Assembly (NCBI GenBank): GCA_017481265.1
Contig: JAFUPK010000001.1
Span: 1 to 43,694 of the forward strand
DNA length: 43,694 bases
Source of the DNA: Clostridia bacterium
GTDB lineage: Bacteria > Bacillota > Clostridia > Oscillospirales > CAG-272
Reading direction: 5' to 3'
This document shows, piece by piece, positions 1 to 8,407 of the stretch; position 1 is the first letter of the stretch; every line of letters begins with the position of its first letter. The position numbers were made by a program, and so were the translations under genes. The notes beneath the pieces were generated by a model. That model made no database searches and was not told where the DNA came from. It was given only the letters and a program-made list of their open reading frames with translations.

Positions 1-189
1 CCGGTGAGCTTTTACCTCGCCTTTCCATCTGTACCGGCTGAAAAGATCAGCTTAGGTAGGCTATTTCTGTTGCACTTTCCCGGGAGTCGCCTCCGGCGGA
101 CGTTATCCGTTATCCTGCCCTGCGGAGCCCGGACTTTCCTCGCATCGGTACCTTTCGGCATTCCGATACGCGGCAGTCCCACCTGCTCG
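1..189 (-). ncRNA. rnpB: RNase P RNA, bacterial type A (5' part; 3' end lies outside the window)
   Basis: Reverse complement contains GAGGAAAGTCCGGGCTCC (P4 5' strand) and GAAAGTGCAACAGAAA, hallmark RNase P RNA motifs. A consensus promoter lies directly upstream. Confidence 0.95.
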
Positions 190-195
190 GCTATG

Positions 196-224
196 ATTAT
201 ACACGAAAGTGCGGCTTTTGTCAA
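196..224 (-). promoter_or_regulatory. sigma-A promoter of rnpB
   Basis: Perfect TTGACA (224-219), 17 bp, TATAAT (201-196) on the minus strand. Confidence 0.9.
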
Positions 225-240
225 GGGAGGTTTCGTTTTA

Positions 241-384
241 GTTTCACTTCAGCCTACGGCTGCACAAAAAATATGAAACAAACACGTGTCTGCGAAGCAG
301 ACAAAAATCGGACTATTGATTTTTAGTGTTTGTTTGCGCGTGAAATCGCTGTAGTTTCGGTTAAAACTATTTGAACTTTCACGC
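241..384. repeat. Cluster of nested hairpins (REP-like or structured intergenic element)
   Basis: CAGCC-TAC-GGCTG; AAACAAACAC (276-285) pairs with GTGTTTGTTT (326-335) and encloses two hairpins; GCGTGAAA (338-345) pairs with TTTCACGC (377-384). Confidence 0.5.
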
Positions 385-389
385 TAGTT

Positions 390-926
390 TTATTTCAGCT
401 TATAATCCATGTAGCACTCAACGGTATTGAGATCGTACCAACGGAGCGTCTTTCCGTCGAAGGTCATGTAGCTGTGGGGAGATGCTTCCTTGGGGATAGA
501 CACACTTCCCGGATTTACGTAGATGTACCCGTCGCGCTTCTCAAGGGCAGGCACGTGGGTGTGTCCGCAGAAGAGCAGATCAAATCCCTCCATAGGAGGT
601 GTCTCTCTGTGACCGTGAGTGAGAAGGATCGTGCGCTTGTCGGTTATGATGGTTGCAAAGGGGCTTTCAACATTAAAGCCGAGAACCATTGAATCTACCT
701 CAGACTCGCAGTTTCCCTTGACAGCGATTATCTTATCCTTCAGGACATTCAAGGTCTCAATGACCGCCTTCGGGTCGTACTCACGGGGGAGATCGTTTCT
801 CGGTCCGTGATACAGAATGTCGCCGAGAAGAATAAGACGGTCGGCAGCCTCAGCCTTGAAGCGGTCAGCCATGAGTCTTGCATAATAAGCGGAGCCGTGT
901 ATGTCCGATGCGATAAACAGTTTCAT
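390..926 (-). CDS. yfcE: Metallophosphoesterase / phosphodiesterase, YfcE family
   Basis: Calcineurin-like motifs SDIHG, GDILYHGPRN, GNC, THGH, GHTH, NPGS. Confidence 0.88.
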   Translation of the reverse strand: MKLFIASDIHGSAYYARLMADRFKAEAADRLILLGDILYHGPRNDLPREYDPKAVIETLNVLKDKIIAVKGNCESEVDSMVLGFNVESPFATIITDKRTILLTHGHRETPPMEGFDLLFCGHTHVPALEKRDGYIYVNPGSVSIPKEASPHSYMTFDGKTLRWYDLNTVECYMDYKLK

Positions 927-948
927 GGTTTTATCAGCACCTTTCTTT

Positions 949-1809
949 TCAGAGTCCGAACTTTGCGATCTTCTCGCGGAGGAAGCCTACTGCCATGGAA
1001 ATATCGGCAATGGGGTCTGCACCGACTTCGCGCTCAATGGTGAGGAAGCCGTCAAAGCCGGTAGACTTAAGTGCGGGAAGGTAAACGTCGAAGTTTACGT
1101 CTCCCTGTCCGAGAGGCATCTCAAGGAACTTATGTCCCATCTCCATCATGGCGGCGTGCTTCTTGGCTTCTTCGTCAAGCTCGATCTTGCCTTCGACCTT
1201 TTTCTTCAGCATGATACCGTCCTTGGCGTGAGTGTGTACTACGTACTTTCCGAGATACTTGAGCGCTTCCTCGGGTCTGTCGTCCTGACACATAACGAGG
1301 TTAGCGGGGTCGAAGTTTACGCGAAGTCCCTGTGCGCCGAGGCTGTCAAGGAAGGGACCGAGAACGCATCCCTTGTCTCCGCCGGTCTCAATAGCGAAGT
1401 ATGCGCCGACGGAGTCTGCATATTCTGCAAGCTCGCGGCAAGCCTCGCGGAGAACTTCGATCTTTGCGGGATCTGTCTCCTCTGCGATGTGACCGATGTG
1501 GGTGGTAACGATACCGCAACCGAGCTCAAGGGACAGATCGAGGACTCTCTTTGATTTGTCGATATAGTGTCTGTTATTTTCGGCATCCTTGAAGCTGTAG
1601 CCGAAGTCGCCGCAGAGAGCAGAGAAAACGATGCCGTTTGACTTTACGATGTCAAGTGTTTCGCGGATCTTTTCCGCGGTCATCTTTTCGGGAGCAAGCT
1701 CGCCGTCTGTAGCGAAAGCCTGGATTCCCGCAACTCCGAGAGATGCCGCCTTTTCGACGCCGCCTCTGAAGCCAAGTCTGAATGATTCTACCATTGCTCC
1801 GATTTTCAT
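949..1809 (-). CDS. Sugar phosphate isomerase/epimerase (xylose-isomerase-like TIM barrel)
   Basis: AIET, NFDPAN, HTHAKD, PLGQGDV, TIERE metal-binding motifs. Start set at MKIGAM behind a GAAAGGA RBS. Confidence 0.85.
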   Translation of the reverse strand: MKIGAMVESFRLGFRGGVEKAASLGVAGIQAFATDGELAPEKMTAEKIRETLDIVKSNGIVFSALCGDFGYSFKDAENNRHYIDKSKRVLDLSLELGCGIVTTHIGHIAEETDPAKIEVLREACRELAEYADSVGAYFAIETGGDKGCVLGPFLDSLGAQGLRVNFDPANLVMCQDDRPEEALKYLGKYVVHTHAKDGIMLKKKVEGKIELDEEAKKHAAMMEMGHKFLEMPLGQGDVNFDVYLPALKSTGFDGFLTIEREVGADPIADISMAVGFLREKIAKFGL

Positions 1810-1843
1810 AATGTTACATCCTTTCATGTTAGAGGAAATATTT

Positions 1844-2806
1844 TTATTTTTGATTCAGCTTCTGTCCGCGGATGTCACGCCCTGTGAAGAGCAGGGGACG
1901 GAACTCGCCGAACAGACGGCTGGTTATACGGTCTGCGTAGCGGCTTCTCAGCTCAGTCTGTGTGAGATTTGTGCTGATAAGCGTTGCACGTCGGCTGTTG
2001 ATACGTGAATTTATGATATTGTATATGCAGGAGACCGTGAACTGATTCGTCATTTCAACACCGAGGTCGTCGATAATAAGAAGGTCGCAGGAGAAGAAGC
2101 GCTCCTCTGCTGTGCTTTCATAGTCTCCGCCGAAGCGTCTCATTTCAAATGCGGAGATAATATCCTGCGCGCTTGCGTATACCACGTCGAAGCCTCGTTC
2201 GATGATGACTCTTGCAACAGCGGTGGAAAGGTGGGTCTTGCCAAGTCCCGTGCCTCCGAGAAGAAGCCACGAATCATCGTTATTACCGGAAAAATTCTCT
2301 GCATAGGAGTGAAGCAGACGAAGGTTCATCTCTGCAGTATGCTTGTCCTTGCCTGCGTAGTAATCAAGTGAGAAATTTTCAAAGCTCTGTCTGTCAAGGA
2401 GTCTGCCGAGTCCCGAGCTCTCAAGTCCAAGCTTCACAAGCTCGCGCTTCATGCAGGCACACATATCTATTCCCACATACCCCGTGTCCGAGCAGGCAGG
2501 GCAGGTGTATTTGATGTCGAGGTAGTCGGCAGGGTAGCCGTTCGATGTGAGTATCTTCGCCTTCAGTGCGCGCAGGCGTTCGTTTTCACTTCTTATTTCA
2601 GCGAGAGTTTCTGCGGTCAGCTCATGGGAAAGGGCGGATGACATGATCTTTGCTCCCGTCATTGAGAGACTTCGCTCCACGGGGATAAGCTCGGGAAGCT
2701 TCACAAAGACCTCCGTTTGTCTTTTTTCATATTCGGCTATGGCGGTGCTTCGTCTTGCGGTAAGACATTCCTTGACGGCGCGAAGGTTTTCCTTACTGTA
2801 AGCCAT
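1844..2806 (-). CDS. DnaC/DnaI-like helicase loader ATPase (IstB-like AAA+)
   Basis: CPACSDTGY...CAC Zn module, Walker A GGTGLGKTH, Walker B LLIIDDLG, STN, and RITSRL arginine finger. Adjacent to a DnaD gene. Confidence 0.88.
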   Translation of the reverse strand: MAYSKENLRAVKECLTARRSTAIAEYEKRQTEVFVKLPELIPVERSLSMTGAKIMSSALSHELTAETLAEIRSENERLRALKAKILTSNGYPADYLDIKYTCPACSDTGYVGIDMCACMKRELVKLGLESSGLGRLLDRQSFENFSLDYYAGKDKHTAEMNLRLLHSYAENFSGNNDDSWLLLGGTGLGKTHLSTAVARVIIERGFDVVYASAQDIISAFEMRRFGGDYESTAEERFFSCDLLIIDDLGVEMTNQFTVSCIYNIINSRINSRRATLISTNLTQTELRSRYADRITSRLFGEFRPLLFTGRDIRGQKLNQK

Positions 2807-2851
2807 ATTATATTGTTCCTTTACTTTAAATTAAGCTGCCTGCGTTTGGGG

Positions 2852-3826
2852 TCAGCTTTCATAGGAGCGCTTCAGCGCCGCATCGAAGAAATCTTCGGTG
2901 TCGAAGCTTGATAATGTGCCGTTTGCTTCGGAAGTCTTCTTTTCGGCTTTTCTTGCGGCGATGCTTTCGTCAACTGCCTCGATGGTGGTGAGACCCGCCT
3001 TGTACCAGTTTTCGAGCACGGCGTTTGCGTAGTCCATGGACGCATCGCCCGTGTTGTTGACGGTAATTTCATAAGCTCGGGTGATGATGTCCTTACCGTA
3101 GCCGTACTTTGTGCCCCAATTGCGGATAAATCTTTCTTCCTTCTCGGTCAGTGCGCGTTTGCCGATACCGAATATCTTGCGCACTGTTTTTTCGGTCTTC
3201 TCGCTTTGAGCCATTGCAGCAAGCTCTTCTTCAAGCTCAGCGTATTCTGTGATACCGCGGTCAAAGAAGGAGAGTGCCATTTTTTCGATGTATCTTACCG
3301 ATTTTTTGCCGATCTCGGCGGCATGGGCGAAGAGCAGCAGTATGTAATCACCCGAAAGAGAAAGGTGGTCAAGAAGTCCGATGATTATGTTGGTCTCTGC
3401 AGTTGTGAATATCTTTCCGATGATATTCTCGCAGGAGTCGATAATCTCTGCGCTGCACTTGTTCTCTTCAAGGAATGCGGCGGTCTCCTCTGTGGTGTAG
3501 CTTGGAAGCTGAGAGGTGCGCTTCTTTTTTTCTTTGACCTTTTCGGGCAGGGGAGCATTGAGTCCTGCATCCTTGGCTTTACGGCTCTTCTTTGATGCAC
3601 AGCGTTCGGAAACGAGAACCCCGCGCTTTTCCCAATTTGAGATAGCATTTATAAATTCGTGCTCATCCGTGCCGATCGCGTTGGCGGCATCGGTAAGGCT
3701 GAATTCGGCATTGGCAAGGGCGTAAAGAAGGACGGCAAGCTCTATGCTGTCGGCATCCTTCAAATGCTCAATGACACTTCCCGGCACCGCAAAGGCGCTG
3801 CGCTTGAATTCGGCTGATACTTTCAT
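2852..3826 (-). CDS. DnaD/DnaB-domain replication protein
   Basis: Two DnaD_C-like repeats (KKSVRYIEKMALSF; YANAVLENWYKAG, a YxxxIxxxW-type motif). Start at MKVSAEF is uncertain. Confidence 0.8.
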   Translation of the reverse strand: MKVSAEFKRSAFAVPGSVIEHLKDADSIELAVLLYALANAEFSLTDAANAIGTDEHEFINAISNWEKRGVLVSERCASKKSRKAKDAGLNAPLPEKVKEKKKRTSQLPSYTTEETAAFLEENKCSAEIIDSCENIIGKIFTTAETNIIIGLLDHLSLSGDYILLLFAHAAEIGKKSVRYIEKMALSFFDRGITEYAELEEELAAMAQSEKTEKTVRKIFGIGKRALTEKEERFIRNWGTKYGYGKDIITRAYEITVNNTGDASMDYANAVLENWYKAGLTTIEAVDESIAARKAEKKTSEANGTLSSFDTEDFFDAALKRSYES

Positions 3827-3877
3827 TTGAAAAATTACGGGAATTATCCCTATTCCTCCGATTTTATGCTGAAAACT

Positions 3878-4104
3878 TGTGGAAAACTCGAAAAAACGCA
3901 TCTGCATTTGCAAAAAATCACTTCGAAATCTGCATAACACTTACTTTTCAACAGGTGGGACATCTCGTTTTGCGAAAACTCGCGAAGTCCTAATAAAATA
4001 AGGGGTATTTTGAAATATTATCGTGAATTTACACCTGCTGTTCGGAGAGACTTTTGAGCGTTTTTCCGAGTTTTCAACACCCTGTTGAAAACTCATGTTG
4101 AAAA
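3878..4104. promoter_or_regulatory. Cluster of five DnaA-box-like 9-mers upstream of the dnaD-dnaC operon
   Basis: TTTTCCACA (reverse complement, 3878-3886) and TTTTCAACA at 3945-3953, 4071-4079, and reverse complement at 4083-4091 and 4096-4104. All fit the relaxed DnaA box TTWTNCACA exactly or with one mismatch. Confidence 0.65.
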
Positions 4105-4182
4105 ATAGGCAGAAGCAGAATTATATAGCTGTATAAGTTCGGCATTTACCGAGATTCGGCGTTTTTTGAGTAATTTAAATGA

Positions 4183-5301
4183 TTATAGTCCGTTTTTATG
4201 TCGGCTTCCGTCGAGACGTGAGCGTAGCTCGGCGAGATACCCCATGGCGCCCTCGTCGGAAGCGAAGGCATTCATCCTTGAGTCAGCAATGACGCCTTGC
4301 CTATAAAGCGCGGCACCTGCGGCGGCTGTCATGGCTCCGTTGTCTCCGCATAGAGCAAGGGACGGTGCGCACAGCTTGACTCCGAGTCTTAGGCACAGCT
4401 CTTCCGCGGCACCTCTGAGGTGTGAGTTCGCAGCAACTCCGCCTGCAAGAACGATGTGAGTATAATTATTTGAAATAACGGCTTCCTCAAGCTTTGCGCA
4501 TATTCCCTTTACGGTAATGGCAGTGAAGGCGGCGGCTATATCCTCCTTTACATTTAAAGGAAGATCAGCTCCGGTTGCGGCTTCCGACCTTTGAACGGTC
4601 TTGTGTATGTGGTTGATGACGGCTGTTTTAAGTCCGCTGAAAGAAAACTCCAGGGTTCCGTCATTCATGGCAGGCGAGGGGAATTTTATAGCTTTCCAGT
4701 CATCACGTTCAAAGCCTGCAGCGGCAAGTCGGTCCATCGCGGCACCGCCGGGATAGGGCAGACCCATGACGCGTCCGACCTTGTCAAATGCTTCTCCCGC
4801 CGCATCATCGCGGCTGCCGCCGATCTCCGTGAATACGTGATCCTTTACGTCGTAAAATGAGGTGTGTCCTCCGGATACGATAAGAGCAAGAAAAGACTCG
4901 GGAAGCTCGGGATATTCAAGATAAGCTGCCGAAGCATGAGCTTCTATATGATTCACGGGAATAAGAGGCACGTCAAGAGCTGATGCCAGCGCCTTTGCAT
5001 AGCTTACTCCCACAAGGAGAGAGCCGATAAGTCCCGGCGCGAAGGTGACGGCAACTGCATCAATATCGCTGTGAGTGATCCCTGCTTTTTTCATTGCCTC
5101 TGCCGCAACTGCGGATACCTGCTCCGCATGAGCACGGCTTGCGATCTCGGGAACGACTCCGCCGTATTCAGCATGGATAGCGGTCTGTGAAGAAACAATG
5201 TTAGACAAGAGTCTGTATTCGTTTCCGCTTTCTGTGTGATTTACATCAAGGACTGCCGCTGCGGTATCGTCGCAGGAGCTCTCCATTCCGAAGATTATCA
5301 T
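4183..5301 (-). CDS. tsaD: tRNA N6-threonylcarbamoyladenosine transferase TsaD
   Basis: ESSCDDT, GGVVPEIASRAH, PGLIGSL, NHIEAH, SGGHT, DDAAGEAFDK, SFSGLKT, GGVAAN, DNGAM. Confidence 0.96.
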   Translation of the reverse strand: MIIFGMESSCDDTAAAVLDVNHTESGNEYRLLSNIVSSQTAIHAEYGGVVPEIASRAHAEQVSAVAAEAMKKAGITHSDIDAVAVTFAPGLIGSLLVGVSYAKALASALDVPLIPVNHIEAHASAAYLEYPELPESFLALIVSGGHTSFYDVKDHVFTEIGGSRDDAAGEAFDKVGRVMGLPYPGGAAMDRLAAAGFERDDWKAIKFPSPAMNDGTLEFSFSGLKTAVINHIHKTVQRSEAATGADLPLNVKEDIAAAFTAITVKGICAKLEEAVISNNYTHIVLAGGVAANSHLRGAAEELCLRLGVKLCAPSLALCGDNGAMTAAAGAALYRQGVIADSRMNAFASDEGAMGYLAELRSRLDGSRHKNGL

Positions 5302-5375
5302 TGAACTTCCCCTTATTTTACAGTGGTTATTGCCTTCTCTTTAGTGCTTGCCGGAAAAGAAGGCGCTGCGCGTAG

Positions 5376-5834
5376 TCAAATGTCTAAGTCTATGCGCATC
5401 ATTATCGCGTCCTCGGGGGGATGCTTGTAATAGTTCCGCCTCACGGCATATTTTTGAAATCCCGCCTTTTCGTAGAGGGACTGTGCAGATGTGTTGGACA
5501 GACGTACCTCAAGAAAGAGTGCGGCTACTCTGCGTGCGGTCATCCGGTGTATAAACTCATAAAGGATCGCTGTGCCGATACCCGACTTGCGGTACTGTGG
5601 GAGAACAGCTATGCGAAGAAGCTCACCTTCTCCGGCAGCAAAGCTTCCGATGGCGTATCCGCAAAGCCGTCCTGCTTCATTTTTTGCACAGAGCACGAAT
5701 GCGCTGTCGCAGGCACTGAAATGGGCTATTCCCGAAGAGCTCCATGGGTCGGCAAAGACAGCCTCCTCCGCTTGTGCGATGCTTTCTGCATCCGTCGGAA
5801 GAGCCTCTTTAATATTGTAGAGTATTTTATTCAT
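5376..5834 (-). CDS. rimI: Ribosomal-protein-alanine N-acetyltransferase (GNAT)
   Basis: IAVLPQYRKSGIG acetyl-CoA motif and LEVRLSN..AQSLYEKAGF...RRNYY. Next to tsaD. Confidence 0.88.
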   Translation of the reverse strand: MNKILYNIKEALPTDAESIAQAEEAVFADPWSSSGIAHFSACDSAFVLCAKNEAGRLCGYAIGSFAAGEGELLRIAVLPQYRKSGIGTAILYEFIHRMTARRVAALFLEVRLSNTSAQSLYEKAGFQKYAVRRNYYKHPPEDAIMMRIDLDI

Positions 5835-6324
5835 CCCGGACCTCGGCGTTTCCAAAAGCTACAAGAAGTCCGTTTTCTATTATTTCGAGACACTGCTTGT
5901 ATTCAGCCAAGTCACCGCCGTAGGGATCGGGAATATCCTTTGGCATCACTGCGATCCTCGAAGCGTAGGCGGGATAGCTCATTATGAGTCTCATGGCATG
6001 GGAGGATGTTATGGCAACCACAAGCTCTGAGCTTGCTATGTCGGCTTCGGTAACGGTGTGGGAGTGATGATTTCTGTAGTCCTTTTCACTTGTCGGCAAG
6101 ACGCCTCTTTCCTCAAGTGCAAAAACAGCATTATCCGTGATCGGTGAGCCGTCGGCTGCAAGACCTGCAGAGGACACCTCATATCCAAGGTTCGGGAAAA
6201 GGAAACGGAACAGCGCCTCCGCCATGGGCGATCGGCAGGTGTTTCCCGTGCATACGAACAGTATCTTCTTTCGGCAGAGCTCTTCTGCCTTTTCTTCCAT
6301 CGGTGCTAATACGGTATCGGTCAC
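5827..6324 (-). CDS. Low-molecular-weight protein Arg/Tyr phosphatase (YwlE-like)
   Basis: P-loop CTGNTCRS, SAG, DPYGG. GGAGG RBS before the GTG start. Confidence 0.9.
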   Translation of the reverse strand: MTDTVLAPMEEKAEELCRKKILFVCTGNTCRSPMAEALFRFLFPNLGYEVSSAGLAADGSPITDNAVFALEERGVLPTSEKDYRNHHSHTVTEADIASSELVVAITSSHAMRLIMSYPAYASRIAVMPKDIPDPYGGDLAEYKQCLEIIENGLLVAFGNAEVRDE

Positions 6325-6338
6325 AGCTTGCCTCCGTA

Positions 6339-6827
6339 TCAGTAGCCGAACTTTCCGCCAAGGCTGTCGTCGTCGGTGACCCAGTCGGCGACCTCATAGA
6401 CCGTGTAGTTATCCTTGTCCTCGCGGATTATGACGCGCTCTATACCTGCGTTGATGATGAGCTTTTTGCACATCATGCATGAGCAGACGTGGGACATGAT
6501 ACTGCCGTCCTTGGGGCTTGTGCAGCACATATATAACGTGGAGCCCAGCATATTTTCACGGGGAGCTGCGATGATGGCGTTTGCTTCGGCGTGTACCGAA
6601 CGGCACATCTCGTAGCGCTCTCCTCGCGGAATGTTCATTCGCTCGCGCTCACAGATGCCGAGGTCGGTGCAGTTCTTTCTGCCTCGCGGTGCACCGTTAT
6701 ATCCGGTGGATATTATGACATCGTTCTTAACAATGATCGCCCCGAAGCGGCGTCGCATACAGGTGGCTCTCTCAGAGACGGTCTGTGCAATGTCGAGGTA
6801 GTAGTTGTGTTTGGAAACACGTTCCAT
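6339..6827 (-). CDS. dCMP deaminase family protein (ComEB/CDA Zn-dependent)
   Basis: GYNG, HAEANA and CxxC (CMMC) Zn ligands. GAGGAGG RBS before MERVSK. Confidence 0.88.
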   Translation of the reverse strand: MERVSKHNYYLDIAQTVSERATCMRRRFGAIIVKNDVIISTGYNGAPRGRKNCTDLGICERERMNIPRGERYEMCRSVHAEANAIIAAPRENMLGSTLYMCCTSPKDGSIMSHVCSCMMCKKLIINAGIERVIIREDKDNYTVYEVADWVTDDDSLGGKFGY

Positions 6828-6867
6828 GGTATTCCTCCTCGGTATCGAAAAATAGAGTATCATTTAT

Positions 6868-6896
6868 ATTATACTATGTCACGTGACGGAAATCAA
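6868..6896 (-). promoter_or_regulatory. sigma-A promoter of the deaminase-phosphatase-rimI-tsaD operon
   Basis: TTGATT, 17 bp, TATAAT on the minus strand. The spacer contains the palindrome GTCACGTGAC. Confidence 0.7.
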
Positions 6897-6959
6897 GAGG
6901 GAAGCAGGAGAGATTTTTTTGCATAGATAAAAAAAGACCGAAAAAAATCAAAAAAGGTA

Positions 6960-6988
6960 TTGACAAGAGAGAGAAGGGGTGGTATAAT
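6960..6988 (+). promoter_or_regulatory. sigma-A promoter of infC-rpmI-rplT
   Basis: TTGACA (6960-6965), 17 bp, TATAAT (6983-6988). Confidence 0.88.
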
Positions 6989-6994
6989 CACAGA

Positions 6995-7113
6995 GTACAA
7001 AGAAGCAGAACAGTTCTCCGTTCTCACCGTGCCGCAAAGCGAGTACGGTCAATACGAAACCGTCAAAGAGGCGGGTGTTGTCGTGCGGGGAGTTTGTTCC
7101 GGCACGTTTTTTA
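6995..7113 (+). ncRNA. Ribosomal protein L20 leader (attenuator)
   Basis: Lies between the promoter and infC. Contains AGAAGCA...TTCTCACC and ends in a CGTGC...GCACG hairpin plus U-tract, matching the Firmicutes L20 leader arrangement. Confidence 0.7.
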
Positions 7114-7133
7114 ATTATTTGGGGGTGCTTACC

Positions 7134-7649
7134 ATAAGCGCAAAAGAACTGCACATCAATGATGACATCAGAGCAAAGGAAGTCCGTATGCTCGATGAAA
7201 ACGGCGAACAGCTCGGTATCATGAGCCTTGACGCCGCAAAGACCTACGCCTACGACCGCGACCTCGACCTTGTTATGATAGCTCCGCAGGCAAAGCCTCC
7301 TGTATGCCGTTCAATGGACTACGGCAAGTATTGCTATGAGCAGGACAAGAGAGAAAAGGAAGCGAAGAAAAAGCAGCAGACCGTAGAAGTCAAGGAGGTC
7401 CAGCTTTCCTGCAGGATCGAGACACATGACTTTGAGACCAAGGCTAACCGCGCGAAGAAGTTCCTCGCAGACGGTAACAAGGTGAGAGTTTGCCTGCGCT
7501 TTAAGGGACGTGAGATCGCTCATCAGGAGCTTGGACGTGAGATGCTCGCGAAGTTTGCTGAGGCTTGCTCAGAGCTTGGCACTATCGACAAGAAGCCCAC
7601 TCTTGAGGGAAGACAGCTCACGATGTTCATCGCACCGAACAAGAAATAA
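7134..7649 (+). CDS. infC: Translation initiation factor IF-3 (non-AUG start, ATA)
   Basis: INDDIRAKEVR, PPVCRSMDYGK, KEVQLS, RFKGRE. RBS GGGGGTG then ATA at 7134, with no in-frame ATG near the expected N-terminus. Confidence 0.95.
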   Translation: MSAKELHINDDIRAKEVRMLDENGEQLGIMSLDAAKTYAYDRDLDLVMIAPQAKPPVCRSMDYGKYCYEQDKREKEAKKKQQTVEVKEVQLSCRIETHDFETKANRAKKFLADGNKVRVCLRFKGREIAHQELGREMLAKFAEACSELGTIDKKPTLEGRQLTMFIAPNKK

Positions 7650-7751
7650 TTCGATAAGCAGTTTGCGGACACTTCCGCAGCGGTAATACCGCATAAAACA
7701 GTGCATGACCCGTTATTTGGGAAAATATAAAACCGAAAGGAATACAGTACA

Positions 7752-7949
7752 ATGGGAAAGATCAAGACACACAAGGCTTCAGCCAAAAGATTTTCTGTTA
7801 CCGGAACAGGTAAGGTAAAGGCATATCACTCTGATCACCGTCACAATCTCGGACAGAAGACAGCGAAGAGAAAGAGACATCTGCGCGGATGCCAGATCCT
7901 CAGCCCCGCAATGACCGCCAACGTAAAGAGACTCATCGGTCAGGACTAA
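7752..7949 (+). CDS. rpmI: 50S ribosomal protein L35
   Basis: [17 protein letters not shown]. Lies between infC and rplT. Confidence 0.96.
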   Translation: MGKIKTHKASAKRFSVTGTGKVKAYHSDHRHNLGQKTAKRKRHLRGCQILSPAMTANVKRLIGQD

Positions 7950-7984
7950 TCACAGAGAGATAACGAAGAAAGGAAATTTGAAAA

Positions 7985-8338
7985 ATGGCAAGAGTTAAGG
8001 GCGCTATGATGACGCGCAAGAGAAGAAACAGAATCCTCAAGGCAGCAAAGGGTTACTGGGGCTCCAAGAGCAAGCACTTCAAGATGGCTAAGCAGGCCGT
8101 AATGAAGAGCGGTAACTATGCATATATCGGACGTAAGCAGAAGAAGAGAGACTTCCGTGCTCTTTGGATCACACGTATCTCCGCACAGGCGAAGGTATGC
8201 GGTATCAACTATTCTCAGCTTATGCACGGTCTCAAGAAGGCAGGCATCAACCTCAACCGTAAGATGCTCGCTGAGATCGCAGTTTCCGACAAGGAAGCAT
8301 TTGCAGATATCGTAGAGCGCGCAAAGGCAGCTCTCTAA
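7985..8338 (+). CDS. rplT: 50S ribosomal protein L20
   Basis: MARVKG...AKGY.G...[16 protein letters not shown]...[10 protein letters not shown]. Confidence 0.98.
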   Translation: MARVKGAMMTRKRRNRILKAAKGYWGSKSKHFKMAKQAVMKSGNYAYIGRKQKKRDFRALWITRISAQAKVCGINYSQLMHGLKKAGINLNRKMLAEIAVSDKEAFADIVERAKAAL

Positions 8339-8349
8339 GAGTTAATAAT

Positions 8350-8380
8350 AAGGGTTTCGCGCATATGCGTGAAGCCCTTT
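8350..8380 (+). terminator. Intrinsic terminator after rplT
   Basis: AAGGGTTTCGCGCAT/ATGCGTGAAGCCCTT stem with a short T-run. Confidence 0.6.
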
Positions 8381-8407
8381 GAGCATTTTATGAGACAATA
8401 TATTCAT

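Noticed and set aside
4-276. ORFs of 90 aa (+) and 70 aa (-) at the window start
   Set aside because: They overlap the RNase P RNA and its promoter and have no protein motifs.
1844-3826. DnaD plus IstB-like ATPase as a prophage or IS21 module
   Set aside because: No integrase, IstA transposase or phage genes nearby. The pair is the usual chromosomal loader operon of Clostridia.
3878-4104. DnaA-box cluster as oriC
   Set aside because: No dnaA, dnaN, rpmH or gyrB context and no clear unwinding element. Kept only as a regulatory cluster.
6960-7133. 58-aa N-terminal extension of IF3 given by the ORF track
   Set aside because: Starts at the TTG of the -35 box and runs through the leader RNA, so it is not translatable from this promoter.
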